Shown piece after piece: positions 37,456-52,072 of a stretch of DNA of 64,000 nucleotides. The stretch is from the human T2T-CHM13v2.0 reference genome, Homo sapiens. Every line of letters starts with the position of its first letter. Positions within the stretch are counted from its first letter, which is position 1. The position numbers and the translations under genes are program-made. The stretch is from assembly GCF_009914755.1 (NCBI RefSeq), contig NC_060929.1. One strand, 5' to 3'. The notes under the pieces were generated by a model, which was not told the origin of the DNA, made no database searches, and saw only the letters and a program-made list of their open reading frames with translations.

Positions 37456-40400
37456 CATTCCCACAAACTGCGTTGTGATGTGTTCGTTCATCTCACAGAG
37501 TTTAACCTTTCTTTTCATAGAGCAGTTAGGAAACAGTCTGTTTGCAAATTCTGTAAGTGGATATTCTGACATCTTGTGGCCTTCGTTGGAAACGGGATTT
37601 CTTCATATTCTGCTACACAGAAGAATTCTCAGAATCTTCCTTGTGTTGTGTGTATTCAACTCACAGAGTTGAACGATGGTTTACACAGAGCAGATTTGAA
37701 ACACTCTTTTTGTGGAATTTGCAAGTGGAGATTTCAGCCGCTTTGAGGTCAATGGTAGAAAAGGAAATATCTTCGTATAAAAACTAGACAGAATGATTCT
37801 CAGAAACTTCTTTGTGATGTGTGCGTTCAACTCACAGAGTTTAACCTTTCTTTTCATAGAGCAGTTATGAAACACTCTGTTTGTAAACTCTGCAAGTGGA
37901 TATTCAGACCTCTTTGAGGCCTTCCTTGGAAACGGGTTTCTTCATACTGTGCTAGACAGAAGAATTCTCAGTAACTTCCTTGTGTTGTGTGTATTCAACT
38001 CACAGAGTTGAACGATCCTTTACACAGAGCCGACTTGAAACACTCTTTTTGTGGAATTTGCAAGTGGAGATTTCAGCCGCGTTGAGGTCAATGGTAGAAA
38101 AGGAAATATCTTCGTATAAAAACTAGACAGAATGATTCTCAGAAACTCCTTTGTGATGTGTGTGTTCAACTCACAGAGTTTAACATTTCTTTTCATAGAG
38201 CAGTTAGGAAACACTCTGTTTGTAAAGTCTGCAAGTGGATATTCAGACCTCTTTGAGGCCTTCGTTGGAAACGGGTTTTTTTAATATAAGGCTAGACAGA
38301 AGAATTCCCAGTAACTTCCTTGTGTTGTGTGTGTTCAACTCACAGAGTTGAACTTTCATTTACACAGAGCAGATTTGAAACACTCTTTTTGTGGAATTTG
38401 CAAATGGAGATTTCAAGCGCTTTGAGGCCAAAGGCAGAAAAGGAAATATCTTCGTATAAAAACTAGACAGAATCATTCTCAGAAACTGCTCTGCGATGTG
38501 TGCGTTCAACTCTCAGAGTTTAACTTTGCTTTTCATTCAGCAGTTTGGAAACACTCTGTTTGTAAAGTCTGCACGTGGATAATTTGACCACTTAGAGGCC
38601 TTCGTTGGAAACGGGTTTTTTTCATGTAAGGCTAGACAGAAGAATTCTCAGTAACTTCCTTGTGTTGTGTGTATTCAACTCACAGAGTTGAACGATCCTT
38701 TACACAGAGCAGACTTGTAACACTCTTTTTGTGGAATTTGAAAGTGGAGATTTCAGCCGCTTTGAAGTCAAAGGTAGAAAAGGAAATACCTTCCTATAAA
38801 AACTAGACAGAATGATTCTCAGAAACTCCTTTGTGATGTGTGCGTTCAACTCACAGAGTTTAACCTTTCTTTTCATAGAGCAGTTAGGAAACACTCTGTT
38901 TGTAAAGTCTGCAAGTGGATATTCAGACCTCTTTGAGGCCTTCGTTGGAAACGGGTTTTTTTCATATAAGGCTAGACAGAAGGATTCCCAGTAACTTCCT
39001 TGTGTTGTGTGTGTTCAACTCACAGAGTTGAACTTTCATTTACAAAGAGCAGATTTGAAACACTCTTTTTGTGGAATTTGCCAGTGGAGATTTCAAGCGC
39101 TTTGAGGCCAAAGGCAGAAAAGGAAATATCTTCGTATAAAAACTAGACAGAATCATTCTCAGAAACTGCTCTGCGATGTGTGCGTTCAACTCTCAGAGTT
39201 TAACTTTTCTTTTCATTCAGCAGTTTGGAAACACTCTGTTTGTGAAGTCTGCACGTGGATAATTTGACCACTTAGAGGCCTACGTTGGAAACGGGTTTTT
39301 TTCATGTAAGGCTAGACAGAAGAATTCTCAGTAACTTCCTTGTGTTGTGTGTATTCAACTCACAGAGTTGAACGATCCTTTACACAGAGCAGACTTGTAA
39401 CACTCTTTTTGTGGAATTTGCAAGTGGAGATTTCAGCCACTTTGAAGTCAAAGGTAGAAAAGGAAATATCTTCCTATAAAAACTAGACAGAATGATTCTC
39501 AGAAACTCCTTTGTGATGTGTGCGTTCAACTCACAGAGTTTAACCTTTCTTTTCATAGAGCAGTTAGGAAACACTCTGCTTGTAAAGTCTGCAAGTGGAT
39601 ATTCAGCCCTCTTTGAGGCCTTCGTTGGAAACGGGTTTTTTTCATATAAGGCTAGACAGAAGAATTCCCAGTAACTTCCTTGTGTTGTGTGTGTTCAACT
39701 CACAGAGTTGAACTTTGATTTACACAGAGCAGATTCGAAACACTCTTTTTGTGGAATTTGCAAGTGGAGATTTCAAGCGCTTTGAGGCCAAAGGCAGAAA
39801 AGGAAATATCTTCGTTTCAAAACTAGACAGAATCATTCCCACAAACTGCGTTGTGATGTGTTCGTTCATCTCACAGAGTTTAACCTTTCTTTTCGTAGAG
39901 CAGTTAGGAAACAGTCTGTTTGTAAATTCTGTAAGTGGATATTCTGACATCTTGTGGCCTTCGTTGGAAACGGGATTTCTTCATATTCTGCTAGACAGAA
40001 GAATTCTCAGAATCTTCCTTGTGTTGTGTGTATTCAACTCACACAGTTGAACGATTGTTTACACAGAGCAGATTTGAAACACTCTTTTTGTGGAATTTGC
40101 AAGTGGAGATTTCAGCCGCTTTGAGGTCAATGGTAGAAAAGGAAATATCTTCGTATAAAAACTAGACAGAATGATTCTCAGAAACTTCTTTGTGATGTGT
40201 GCGTTCAACTCACAGAGTTTAACCTTTCTTTTCATAGAGCAGTTAGGAAACACTCTGTTTGTAAACTCTGCAAGTGGATATTCAGACCTCTTTGAGGCCT
40301 TCGTTGGAAACGGGATTTCTTCATACTGTGCTAGACAGAAAAATTCTCAGTAACTTCCTTGTGTTGTGTGTATTCAACTCACAGAGTTGAACGATCCTTT

Positions 40401-42552
40401 ACACAGAGCAGACTTGAAACGCTCTTTTTGTGGAATTTGCAAGTGGAGATTTCAGCCGCGTTGAGGTCAATGGTAGAAAAGGAAATATCTTCGTATAAAA
40501 ACTAGACAGAATGATTCTCAGAAACTCCTTTGTGATGTGTGTGTTCAACTCACAGAGTTTAACCTTTCTTTTCATAGAGCAGTTAGGAATCACTCTGTTT
40601 GTAAAGTCTGCAAGTGGATATTCAGACCTCTTTGAGGCCTTCGTTGGAAACGGGTTTTTTTCATATAAGGCTAGACAGAAGAATTCCCAGTAACTTCCTT
40701 GTGTTGTGTGTGTTCAACTCACAGAGTTGAACTTTCATTTACACAGAGCAGATTTGAAACACTCTTTTTGTGGAATTTGCAAATGGAGATTTCAAGCGCT
40801 TTGAGACCAAAGGCAGAAAAGGAAATATCTTCGTATAAAAACTAGACAGAATCATTCTCAGAAACTGCTCTGCGATGTGTGCGTTCAACTCTCAGAGTTT
40901 AACTTTGCTTTTCATTCAGCAGTTTGGAAACACTCTGTTTGTAAAGTCTGCACGTGGATAATTTGACCACTTAGAGGCCTTCGTTGGAAACGGGTTTTTT
41001 TCATGTAAGGCTAGACAGAAGAATTCTCAGTAACTTCCTTGTGTTGTGTGTATTCAACTCACAGAGTTGAACGATCCTTTACACAGAGCAGACTTGTAAC
41101 ACTCTTTTTGTAGAATTTGCAAGTGGAGATTTCAGCCGCTTTGAAGTCAAAGGTAGAAAAGGAAATATCTTCCTATAAAAACTAGACAGAATGATTCTCA
41201 GAAACTCCTTTGTGATGTGTGCGTTCAACTCACAGAGTTTAACCTTTCTTTTCATAGAGCAGTTAGGAAACACTCTGTTTGTAAAGTCTCCAAGTGGATA
41301 TTCAGACCTCTTTGAGGCCTTCGTTGGAAACGGGTTTTTTTCATATAAGGCTAGACAGAAGAATTCCCAGTAACTTCCTTGTGTTGTGTGTGTTCAACTC
41401 ACAGAGTTGAACTTTGATTTACACAGAGCAGATTTGAAACACTCTTTTTGTGGAATTTGCAAATGGAGATTTCAAGCGCTTTGAGGCCAAAGGCAGAAAA
41501 GGAAATATCTTTGTATAAAAACTAGACAGAATCATTCTCAGAAACTGCTCTGCGATGTGTGCGTTCAACTCTCAGAGTTTAACTTTGCTTTTCATTCAGC
41601 AGTTTGGAAACACTCTGTTTGTAAAGTCTGCACGTGGATAATTTGACCACTTAGAGGCCTTCGTTGGAAACGGGTTTTTTTCATGTAAGGCTAGACAGAA
41701 GAATTCTCAGTAACTTCCTTGTGTTGTGTGTATTCAACTCACACAGTTGAACGATCCTTTACACAGAGCAGACTTGTAACACTCTTTTTGTGGAATTTGC
41801 AAGTGGAGATTTCAGCCGCTTTGAAGTCAAAGGTAGAAAAGGAAATATCTTCCTATAAAAACTAGACAGAATGATTCTCAGAAACTCCTTTGTGATGTGT
41901 GCGTTCAACTCACAGAGTTTAACCTTTCTTTTCATAGAGCAGTTAGGAAACACTCTGTTTGTAAAGTCTCCAAGTGGATATTCAGACCTCTTTGAGGCCT
42001 TCGTTGGAAACGGGTTTTTTTCATATAAGGCTAGACAGAAGAATTCCCAGTAACTTCCTTGTGTTGTGTGTGTTCAACTCACAGAGTTGAACTTTGATTT
42101 ACACAGAGCAGATTTGAAACACTCTTTTTGTGGAATTTGCAAGTGGAGATTTCAAGCGCTTTGAGGCCAAAGGCAGAAAAGGAAATATCTTCGTATAAAA
42201 ACTAGACAGAATCATTCTCAGAAACTGCTCTGCGATGTGTGCGTTCAACTCTCAGAGTTTAACTTTTCTTTTCATTCAGCAGTTTGGAAACACTCTGTTT
42301 GTAAAGTCTGCACGTGGATATTTTGACCACTTAGAGGCCTTCGTTGGAAACGGGTTTTTTTCCTGTAAGGCTAGACAGAAGAATTCCCAGTAACTTCCTT
42401 GTGTTGTGTACATTCAACTCACAGAGTTGAACGTTCCCTTAGACAGAGCAGATTTGAAACACTCTTTTTGTGCAATTGGCAAGTGGAGATTTCAAGCGCT
42501 TTAAGGTCAATGGCAGAAAAGGAAATATCTTCGTTTCAAAACTAGACAGAAT
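37456..42552 (+). repeat. 14-mer (2378 bp, A2/A3 hybrid) and 16-mer (2719 bp, core plus two cassettes)
   Basis: B4 at 37456, 39834 and 42553. Hybrid junction GAGGCCAAAGGCAGAAAAGGAAATATCTTCGTTTCAAAA at ~39784-39822. Confidence 0.88.
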
Positions 42553-45500
42553 CATTCCCACAAACTGCGTTGTGATGTGTTCGTTCATCTCACAGAGTTT
42601 AACCTTTCTTTTCGTAGAGCAGTTAGGAAACAGTCTGTTTGTAAATTCTGTAAGTGGATATTCTGACATCTTGTGGCCTTCGTTGGAAACGGGATTTCTT
42701 CATATTCTGCTAGACAGAAGAATTCTCAGAATCTTCCTTGTGTTGTGTGTATTCAACTCACACAGTTGAACGATTGTTTACACAGAGCAGATTTGAAACA
42801 CTCTTTCTGTGGAATTTGCAAGTGGAGATTTCAGCCGCTTTGAGGTCAATGGTAGAAAAGGAAATATCTTCGTATAAAAAACTAGACAGAATGATTCTCA
42901 GAAACTTCTTTGTGATGTGTGCGTTCAACTCACAGAGTTTAACCTTTCTTTTCATGGAGCAGTTAGGAAACACTCTGTTTGTAAACTCTGCAAGTGGATA
43001 TTCAGACCTCTTTGAGGCCTTCGTTGGAAACGGGATTTCTTCATACTGTGCTAGACAGAAGAATTCTCAGTAACTTCCTTGTGTTGTGTGTATTCAACTC
43101 ACAGAGTTGAACGATCCTTTACACAGAGCAGACTTGAAACACTCTTTTTGTGGAATTTGCAAGTGGAGATTTCAGCCGCGTTGAGGTCAATGGTAGAAAA
43201 GGAAATATCTTCGTATAAAAACTAGACAGAATGATTCTCAGAAACTCCTTTGTGATGTGTGTGTTCAACTCACAGAGTTTAACATTTCTTTTCATAGAGC
43301 AGTTAGGAAACACTCTGTTTGTAAAGTCTGCAAGTGGATATTCAGACCTCTTTGAGGCCTTCGTTGGAAACGGGTTTTTTTCATATAAGGCTAGACAGAA
43401 GAATTCCCAGTAACTTCCTTGTGTTGTGTGTGTTCAACTCACAGAGTTGAACTTTCATTTACACAGAGCAGATTTGAAACACTCTTTTTGTGGAATTTGC
43501 AAGTGGAGATTTCAAGCGCTTTCAGGCCAAAGGCAGAAAAGGAAATATCTTCGTATAAAAACTAGACAGAATCATTCTCAGAAACTGCTCTGCGATGTGT
43601 GCGTTCAACTCTCAGAGTTTAACTTTGCTTTTCATTCAGCAGTTTGGAAACACTCTGTTTGTAAAGTCTGCACGTGGATAATTTGACCACTTAGAGGCCT
43701 TCGTTGGAAACGGGTTTTTTTCATGTAAGGCTAGACAGAAGAATTCTCAGTAACTTCCTTGTGTTGTGTGTATTCAACTCACACAGTTGACCGATCCTTT
43801 ACACAGAGCAGACTTGTAACACTCTTTTTGTGGAATTTGCAAGTGGAGATTTCTGCCGCTTTGAAGTCAAAGGTAGAAAAGGGAATATCTTCCTATAAAA
43901 ACTAGACAGAATGATTCTCAGAAACTCCTTTGTGATGTGTGCGTTCAACTCACAGAGTTTAACCTTTCTTTTCATAGAGCAGTTAGGAAACACTCTGTTT
44001 CTAAAGTCTGCAAGTGGATATTCAGACCTCTTTGAGGCCTTCGTTGGAAACGGGTTTTTTTCATATTAGGCTAGAGAGAAGAATTCCCAGTAACTTCCTT
44101 GTGTTGTGTGTGTTCAACTCACAGAGTTGAACTTTCATTTACACAGAGCAGATTTGAAACACTCTTTTTGTGGAATTTACAAGTGGAGATTTCAAGCGCT
44201 GTGAGGCCAAAGGCAGAAAAGGAAATATCTTCGTATAAAAACTAGACAGAATCATTCTCAGAAACTGCTCTGTGACGTGTGCGTTCAACTCCCAGAGTTT
44301 AACTTTTCTTTTCATTCAGCAGTTTGGAAACACTCTGTTTGTAAAGTCTGCACGTGGATAATTTGACCACTTAGAGGCCTTCGTTGGAAACGGTTTTTTT
44401 TAATGTAAGGCTAGACAGAAGAATTCTCAGTAACTTCCTTGTGTTGTGTGTATTCAACTCACACAGTTGAACGATCCTTTACACAGAGCAGACTTGTAAC
44501 ACTCTTTTTGTGGAATTTGCAAGTGGAGATTTCAGCCGCTTTGAAGTCAAATGTAGAAAAGGAAATATCTTCCTATAAAAACTAGACAGAATGATTCTCA
44601 GAAACTCCTTTGTGATGTGTGCGTTCAACTCACAGAGTTTAACCTTTCTTTTCATAGAGCAGTTAGGAAACACTCTGTTTGTAAAGTCTGCAAATGGATA
44701 TTCAGACCTCTTTGAGGCCTTCGTTGGAAACGGGTTTTTTTCATATAAGGCTAGACAGAAGAATTCCCAGTAACTTCTTTGTGTTGTGTGTGTTCAACTC
44801 ACAGAGTTGAACTTTCATTTACACAGAGCAGATTTGAAACACTCTTTTTGTGGAATTTGCAAATGGAGATTTCAAGCGCTTTGAGGCCAAAGGCAGAAAA
44901 GGAAATATCTTCGTATAAAAACTAGACAGAATCATTCTCAGAAACTGCTCTGCAATGTGTGCGTTCAACTCTCAGAGTTTAACTTTTCTTTTCATTCAGC
45001 AGTTTGGAAACACTCTGTTTGTAAAGTCTGCACGTGGATAATTTGACCACTTAGAGGCCTTCTTTGGAAACGGGTTTTTTTCATGTAAGGCTAGACAGAA
45101 GAATTCTCAGTAACTTCCTTGTGTTGTGTGTATTCAACTCACACAGTTGAACGATCCTTTACACAGAGCAGACTTGTAACACTCTTTTTGTGGAATTTGC
45201 AAGTGGAGATTTCAGCCGCTTTGAAGTCAAAGGTAGAAAAGGAAATATCTTCCTATAAAAACTAGACAGAATGATTCTCAGAAACTCCTTTGTGATGTGT
45301 GCGTTCAACTCACAGAGTTTAACCTTTCTTTTCATAGAGCAGTTAGGAAACACTCTGCTTGTAAAGTCTGCAAGTGGATATTCAGCCCTCTTTGAGGCCT
45401 TCGTTGGAAACGGGTTTTTTTCATATAAGGCTAGACAGAAGAATTCCCAGTAACTTCCTTGTGTTGTGTGTGTTCAACTCACAGAGTTGAACTTTGATTT

Positions 45501-48500
45501 ACACAGAGCAGATTTGAAACACTCTTTTTGTGGAATTTGCAAGTGGAGATTTCAAGCGCTTTGAGGCCAAAGGCAGAAAAGGAAATATCTTCGTATAAAA
45601 ACTAGACAGAATCATTCTCAGAAACTGCTCTGCGATGTGTGCGTTCAACTCTCAGAGTTTAACTTTGCTTTTCATTCAGCAGTTTGGAAACACTCTGTTT
45701 GTAAAGTCTGCACGTGGATAATTTGACCACTTAGAGGCCTTCGTTGGAAACGGGTTTTTTTCATGTAAGGCTAGACAGAAGAATTCTCAGTAACTTCCTT
45801 GTGTTGTGTGTATTCAACTCACACAGTTGAACGATCCTTTACACAGAGCAGACTTGTAACACTCTTTTTGTGGAATTTGCAAGTGGAGATTTCAGCCGCT
45901 TTGAAGTCAAAGGTAGAAAAGGAAATATCTTCCTATAAAAACTAGACAGAATGATTCTCAGAAACTCCTTTGTGATGTGTGCGTTCAACTCACAGAGTTT
46001 AACCTTTCTTTTCATAGAGCAGTTAGGAAACACTCTGTTTGTAAAGTCTCCAAGTGGATATTCAGACCTCTTTGAGGCCTTCGTTGGAAACGGGTTTTTT
46101 TCATATAAGGCTAGACAGAAGAATTCCCAGTAACTTCCTTGTGTTGTGTGTGTTCAACTCACAGAGTTGAACTTTCATTTACACAGAGCAGATTTGAAAC
46201 ACTCTTTTTGTGGAATTTGCAAATGGAGATTTCAAGCGCTTTGAGGCCAAAGGCAGAAAAGGAAATATCTTTGTATAAAAACTAGACAGAATCATTCTCA
46301 GAAACTGCTCTGCGATGTGTGCGTTCAACTCTCAGAGTTTAACTTTGCTTTTCATTCAGCAGTTTGGAAACACTCTGTTTGTAAAGTCTGCACGTGGATA
46401 ATTTGACCACTTAGAGGCCTTCGTTGGAAACGGGTTTTTTTCATGTAAGGCTAGACAGAAGAATTCTCAGTAACTTCCTTGTGTTGTGTGTATTCAACTC
46501 ACACAGTTGAACGATCCTTTACACAGAGCAGACTTGTAACACTCTTTTTGTGGAATTTGCAAGTGGAGATTTCAGCCGCTTTGAAGTCAAAGGTAGAAAA
46601 GGAAATATCTTCCTATAAAAGCTAGACAGAATGATTCTCAGAAACTCCTTTGTGATGTGTGCGTTCAACTCACAGAGTTTAACCTTTCTTTTCATAGAGC
46701 AGTTAGGAAACACTCTGTTTGTAAAGTCTCCAAGTGGATATTCAGACCTCTTTGAGGCCTTCGTTGGAAACGGGTTTTTTTCATATAAGGCTAGACAGAA
46801 GAATTCCCAGTAACTTCCTTGTGTTGTGTGTGTTCAACTCACAGAGTTGAACTTTGATTTACACAGAGCAGATTTGAAACACTCTTTTTGTGGAATTTGC
46901 AAGTGGAGATTTCAAGCGCTTTGAGGCCAAAGGCAGAAAAGGAAATATCTTCGTATAAAAACTAGACAGAATCATTCTCAGAAACTGCTCTGCGATGTGT
47001 GCGTTCAACTCTCAGAGTTTAACTTTTCTTTTCATTCAGCAGTTTGGAAACACTCTGTTTGTAAAGTCTGCACGTGGATATTTTGACCACTTAGAGGCCT
47101 TCGTTGGAAACGGGTTTTTTTCCTGTAAGGCTAGACAGAAGAATTCCCAGTAACTTCCTTGTGTTGTGTACATTCAACTCACAGAGTTGAACGTTCCCTT
47201 AGACAGAGCAGATTTGAAACACTCTTTTTGTGCAATTGGCAAGTGGAGATTTCAAGCGCTTTAAGGTCAATGGCAGAAAAGGAAATATCTTCGTTTCAAA
47301 ACTAGACAGAATCATTCCCACAAACTGCGTTGTGATGTGTTCGTTCATCTCACAGAGTTTAACCTTTCTTTTCGTAGAGCAGTTAGGAAACAGTCTGTTT
47401 GTAAATTCTGTAAGTGGATATTCTGACATCTTGTGGCCTTCGTTGGAAACGGGATTTCTTCATATTCTGCTAGACAGAAGAATTCTCAGAATCTTCCTTG
47501 TGTTGTGTGTATTCAACTCACACAGTTGAACGATTGTTTACACAGAGCAGATTTGAAACACTCTTTCTGTGGAATTTGCAAGTGGAGATTTCAGCCGCTT
47601 TGAGGTCAATGGTAGAAAAGGAAATATCTTCGTATAAAAAACTAGACAGAATGATTCTCAGAAACTTCTTTGTGATGTGTGCGTTCAACTCACAGAGTTT
47701 AACCTTTCTTTTCATGGAGCAGTTAGGAAACACTCTGTTTGTAAACTCTGCAAGTGGATATTCAGACCTCTTTGAGGCCTTCGTTGGAAACGGGATTTCT
47801 TCATACTGTGCTAGACAGAAGAATTCTCAGTAACTTCCTTGTGTTGTGTGTATTCAACTCACAGAGTTGAACGATCCTTTACACAGAGCAGACTTGAAAC
47901 ACTCTTTTTGTGGAATTTGCAAGTGGAGATTTCAGCCGCGTTGAGGTCAATGGTAGAAAAGGAAATATCTTCGTATAAAAACTAGACAGAATGATTCTCA
48001 GAAACTCCTTTGTGATGTGTGTGTTCAACTCACAGAGTTTAACATTTCTTTTCATAGAGCAGTTAGGAAACACTCTGTTTGTAAAGTCTGCAAGTGGATA
48101 TTCAGACCTCTTTGAGGCCTTCGTTGGAAACGGGTTTTTTTCATATAAGGCTAGAGAGAAGAATTCCCAGTAACTTCCTTGTGTTGTGTGTGTTCAACTC
48201 ACAGAGTTGAACTTTCATTTACACAGAGCAGATTTGAAACACTCTTTTTGTGGAATTTGCAAGTGGAGATTTCAAGCGCTTTCAGGCCAAAGGCAGAAAA
48301 GGAAATATCTTCGTATAAAAACTAGACAGAATCATTCTCAGAAACTGCTCTGCGATGTGTGCGTTCAACTCTCAGAGTTTAACTTTTCTTTTCATTCAGC
48401 AGTTTGGAAACACTCTGTTTGTAAAGTCTGCACGTGGATAATTTGACCACTTAGAGGCCTTCGTTGGAAACGGGTTTTTTTCATGTAAGGCTAGACAGAA

Positions 48501-51500
48501 GAATTCTCAGTAACTTCCTTGTGTTGTGTGTATTCAACTCACAGAGTTGACCGATCCTTTACACAGAGCAGACTTGTAACACTCTTTTTGTGGAATTTGC
48601 AAGTGGAGATTTCAGCCGCTTTGAAGTCAAAGGTAGAAAAGGGAATATCTTCCTATAAAAACTAGACAGAATGATTCTCAGAAACTCCTTTGTGATGTGT
48701 GCATTCAACTCACAGAGTTTAACCTTTCTTTTCATAGAGTAGTTAGGAAACACTCTGTTTCTAAAGTCTGCAAGTGGATATTCAGACCTCTTTGAGGCCT
48801 TCGTTGGAAACGGGTTTTTTTCATATAACGCTAGAGAGAAGAATTCCCAGTAACTTCCTTGTGTTGTGTGTGTTCAACTCACAGAGTTGAACTTTCATTT
48901 ACACAGAGCAGATTTGAAACACTCTTTTTGTGGAATTTGCAAGTGGAGATTTCAAGCGCTGTGAGGCCAAAGGCAGAAAAGGAAATATCTTCGTATAAAA
49001 ACTAGACAGAATCATTCTCAGAAACTGCTCTGTGATGTGTGCGTTCAACTCTCAGAGTTTAACTTTTCTTTTCATTCAGCAGTTTGGAAACACTCTGTTT
49101 GTAAAGTCTGCACGTGGATAATTTGACCACTTAGAGGCCTTCGTTGGAAACGGTTTTTTTTAATGTAAGGCTAGACAGAAGAATTCTCAGTAACTTCCTA
49201 GTGTTGTGTGTATTCAACTCACACAGTTGAACGATCCTTTACACAGAGCAGACTTGTAACACTCTTTTTGTGGAATTTGCAAGTGGAGATTTCAGCCGCT
49301 TTGAAGTCAAAGGTAGAAAAGGAAATATCTTCCTATAAAAACTAGACAGAATGATTCTCAGAAACTCCTTTGTGATGTGTGCGTTCAACTCACAGAGTTT
49401 AACCTTTCTTTTCATAGAGCAGTTAGGAAACACTCTGTTTGTAAAGTCTGCAAGTGGATATTCAGACCTCTTTGAGGCCTTCGTTGGAAACGGGTTTTTT
49501 TCATATAAGGCTAGACAGAAGAATTCCCAGTAACTTCCTTGTGTTGTGTGTGTTCAACTCACAGAGTTGAACTTTCATTTACACAGAGCAGATTTGAAAC
49601 ACTCTTTTTATGGAATTTGCAAATGGAGATTTCAAGCGCTTTGAGGCCAAAGGCAGAAAAGGAAATATCTTCGTATAAAAACTAGACAGAATCATTCTCA
49701 GAAACTGCTCTGCAATGTGTGCGTTCAACTCTCAGAGTTTAACTTTTCTTTTCATTCAGCAGTTTGGAAACACTCTGTTTGTAAAGTCTGCACGTGGATA
49801 ATTTGACCACTTAGAGGCCTTCGTTGGAAACGGGTTTTTTTCATGTAAGGCTAGACAGAAGAATTCTCAGTAACTTCCTTGTGTTGTGTGTATTCAACTC
49901 ACAGAGTTGAACGATCCTTTACACAGAGCAGACTTGTAACACTCTTTTTGTGGAATTTGCAAGTGGAGATTTCAGCCGCTTTGAAGTCAAAGGTAGAAAA
50001 GGAAATGTCTTCCTATAAAAACTAGACAGAATGATTCTCAGAAACTCCTTTGTGATGTGTGCGTTCAACTCACAGATTTTAACCTTTCTTTTCATAGAGC
50101 AGTTAGGAAACACTCTGCTTGTAAAGTCTGCAAGTGGATATTCAGCCCTCTTTGAGGCCTTCGTTGGAAACGGGTTTTTTTCATATAAGGCTAGACAGAA
50201 GAATTCCCAGTAACTTCCTTGTGTTGTGTGTGTTCAACTCACAGAGTTGAACTTTGATTTACACAGAGCAGATTTGAAACACTCTTTTTGTGGAATTTGC
50301 AAGTGGAGATTTCAAGCGCTTTGAGGCCAAAGGCAGAAAAGGAAATATCTTCGTATAAAAACTAGACAGAATCATTCTCATAAACTGCTCTGCGATGTGT
50401 GCGTTCAACTCTCAGAGTTTAACTTTTCTTCTCATTCAGCAGTTTGGAAACACTCTGTTTGTAAAGTCTGCACGTGGATAATTTGACCACTTAGAGGCCT
50501 TCGTTGGAAACGGGTTTTTTTCATGTAAGGCTAGACAGAAGAATTCTCAGTAACTTCCTTGTGTTGTGTGTATTCAACTCACAGAGTTGAACGATCCTTT
50601 ACACAGAGCAGACTTGTAACACTCTTTTTGTGGAATTTGCAAGTGGAGATTTCAGCCGCTTTGAAGTCTAAGGTAGAAAAGGAAATATCTTCCTATAAAA
50701 ACTAGACAGAATGATTCTCAGAAACTCCTTTGTGATGTGTGTGTTCAACTCACAGAGTTTAACCTTTCTTTTCATAGAGCAGTTAGGAATCACTCTGTTT
50801 GTAAAGTCTGCAAGTGGATATTCAGACCTGTTTGAGGCCTTCGTTGGAAACGGGTTTTTTTCATATAAGGCTAGACAGAAGAATTCCCAGTAACTTCCTT
50901 GTGTTGTGTGTGTTCAACTCACAGAGTTGAACTTTCCTTTACACAGAGCAGATTTGAAACACTCTTTTTGTGGAATTTGCAAATGGAGATTTCAAGCGCT
51001 TTGAGGCCAAAGGCAGAAAAGGAAATATCTTCGTATAAAAACTAGACAGAATCATTCTCAGAAACTGCTCTGCGATGTGTGCGTTCAACTCTCAGAGTTT
51101 AACTTTGCTTTTCATTCAGCAGTTTGGAAACACTCTGTTTGTAAAGTCTGCACGTGGATAATTTGACCACTTAGAGGCCTTCGTTGGAAACGGGTTTTTT
51201 TCATGTAAGGCTAGACAGAAGAATTCTCAGTAACTTCCTTGTGTTGTGTGTATTCAACTCACACAGTTGAACGATCCTTTACACAGAGCAGACTTGTAAC
51301 ACTCTTTTTGTGGAATTTGCAAGTGGAGATTTCAGCCGCTTTGAAGTCAAAGGTAGAAAAGGAAATATCTTCCTATAAAAACTAGACAGAATGATTCTCA
51401 GAAACTCCTTTGTGATGTGTGCGTTCAACTCACAGAGTTTAACCTTTCTTTTCATAGAGCAGTTAGGAAACACTCTGTTTGTAAAGTCTCCAAGTGGATA

Positions 51501-52072
51501 TTCAGACCTCTTTGAGGCCTTCGTTGGAAACGGGTTTTTTTCATATAAGGCTAGACAGAAGAATTCCCAGTAACTTCCTTGTGTTGTGTGTGTTCAACTC
51601 ACAGAGTTGAACTTTGATTTACACAGAGCAGATTTGAAACACTCTTTTTGTGGAATTTGCAAGTGGAGATTTCAAGCGCTTTGAGGCCAAAGGCAGAAAA
51701 GGAAATATCTTCGTATAAAAACTAGACAGAATCATTCTCAGAAACTGCTCTGCGATGTGTGCGTTCAACTCTCAGAGTTTAACTTTTCTTTTCATTCAGC
51801 AGTTTGGAAACACTCTGTTTGTAAAGTCTGCACGTGGATATTTTGACCACTTAGAGGCCTTCGTTGGAAACGGGTTTTTTTCCTGTAAGGCTAGACAGAA
51901 GAATTCCCAGTAACTTCCTTGTGTTGTGTACATTCAACTCACAGAGTTGAACGTTCCCTTAGACAGAGCAGATTTGAAACACTCTTTTTGTGCAATTGGC
52001 AAGTGGAGATTTCAAGTGCTTTAAGGTCAATGGCAGAAAAGGAAATATCTTCGTTTCAAAACTAGACAGAAT
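42553..52072 (+). repeat. Two tandem 28-mer HOR variants (4760 bp each): core plus five 4-mer cassettes
   Basis: B4 at 42553, 47313 and 52073. B1 recurs every 680 bp between them, and many private SNVs repeat at exactly +4760. Confidence 0.92.
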
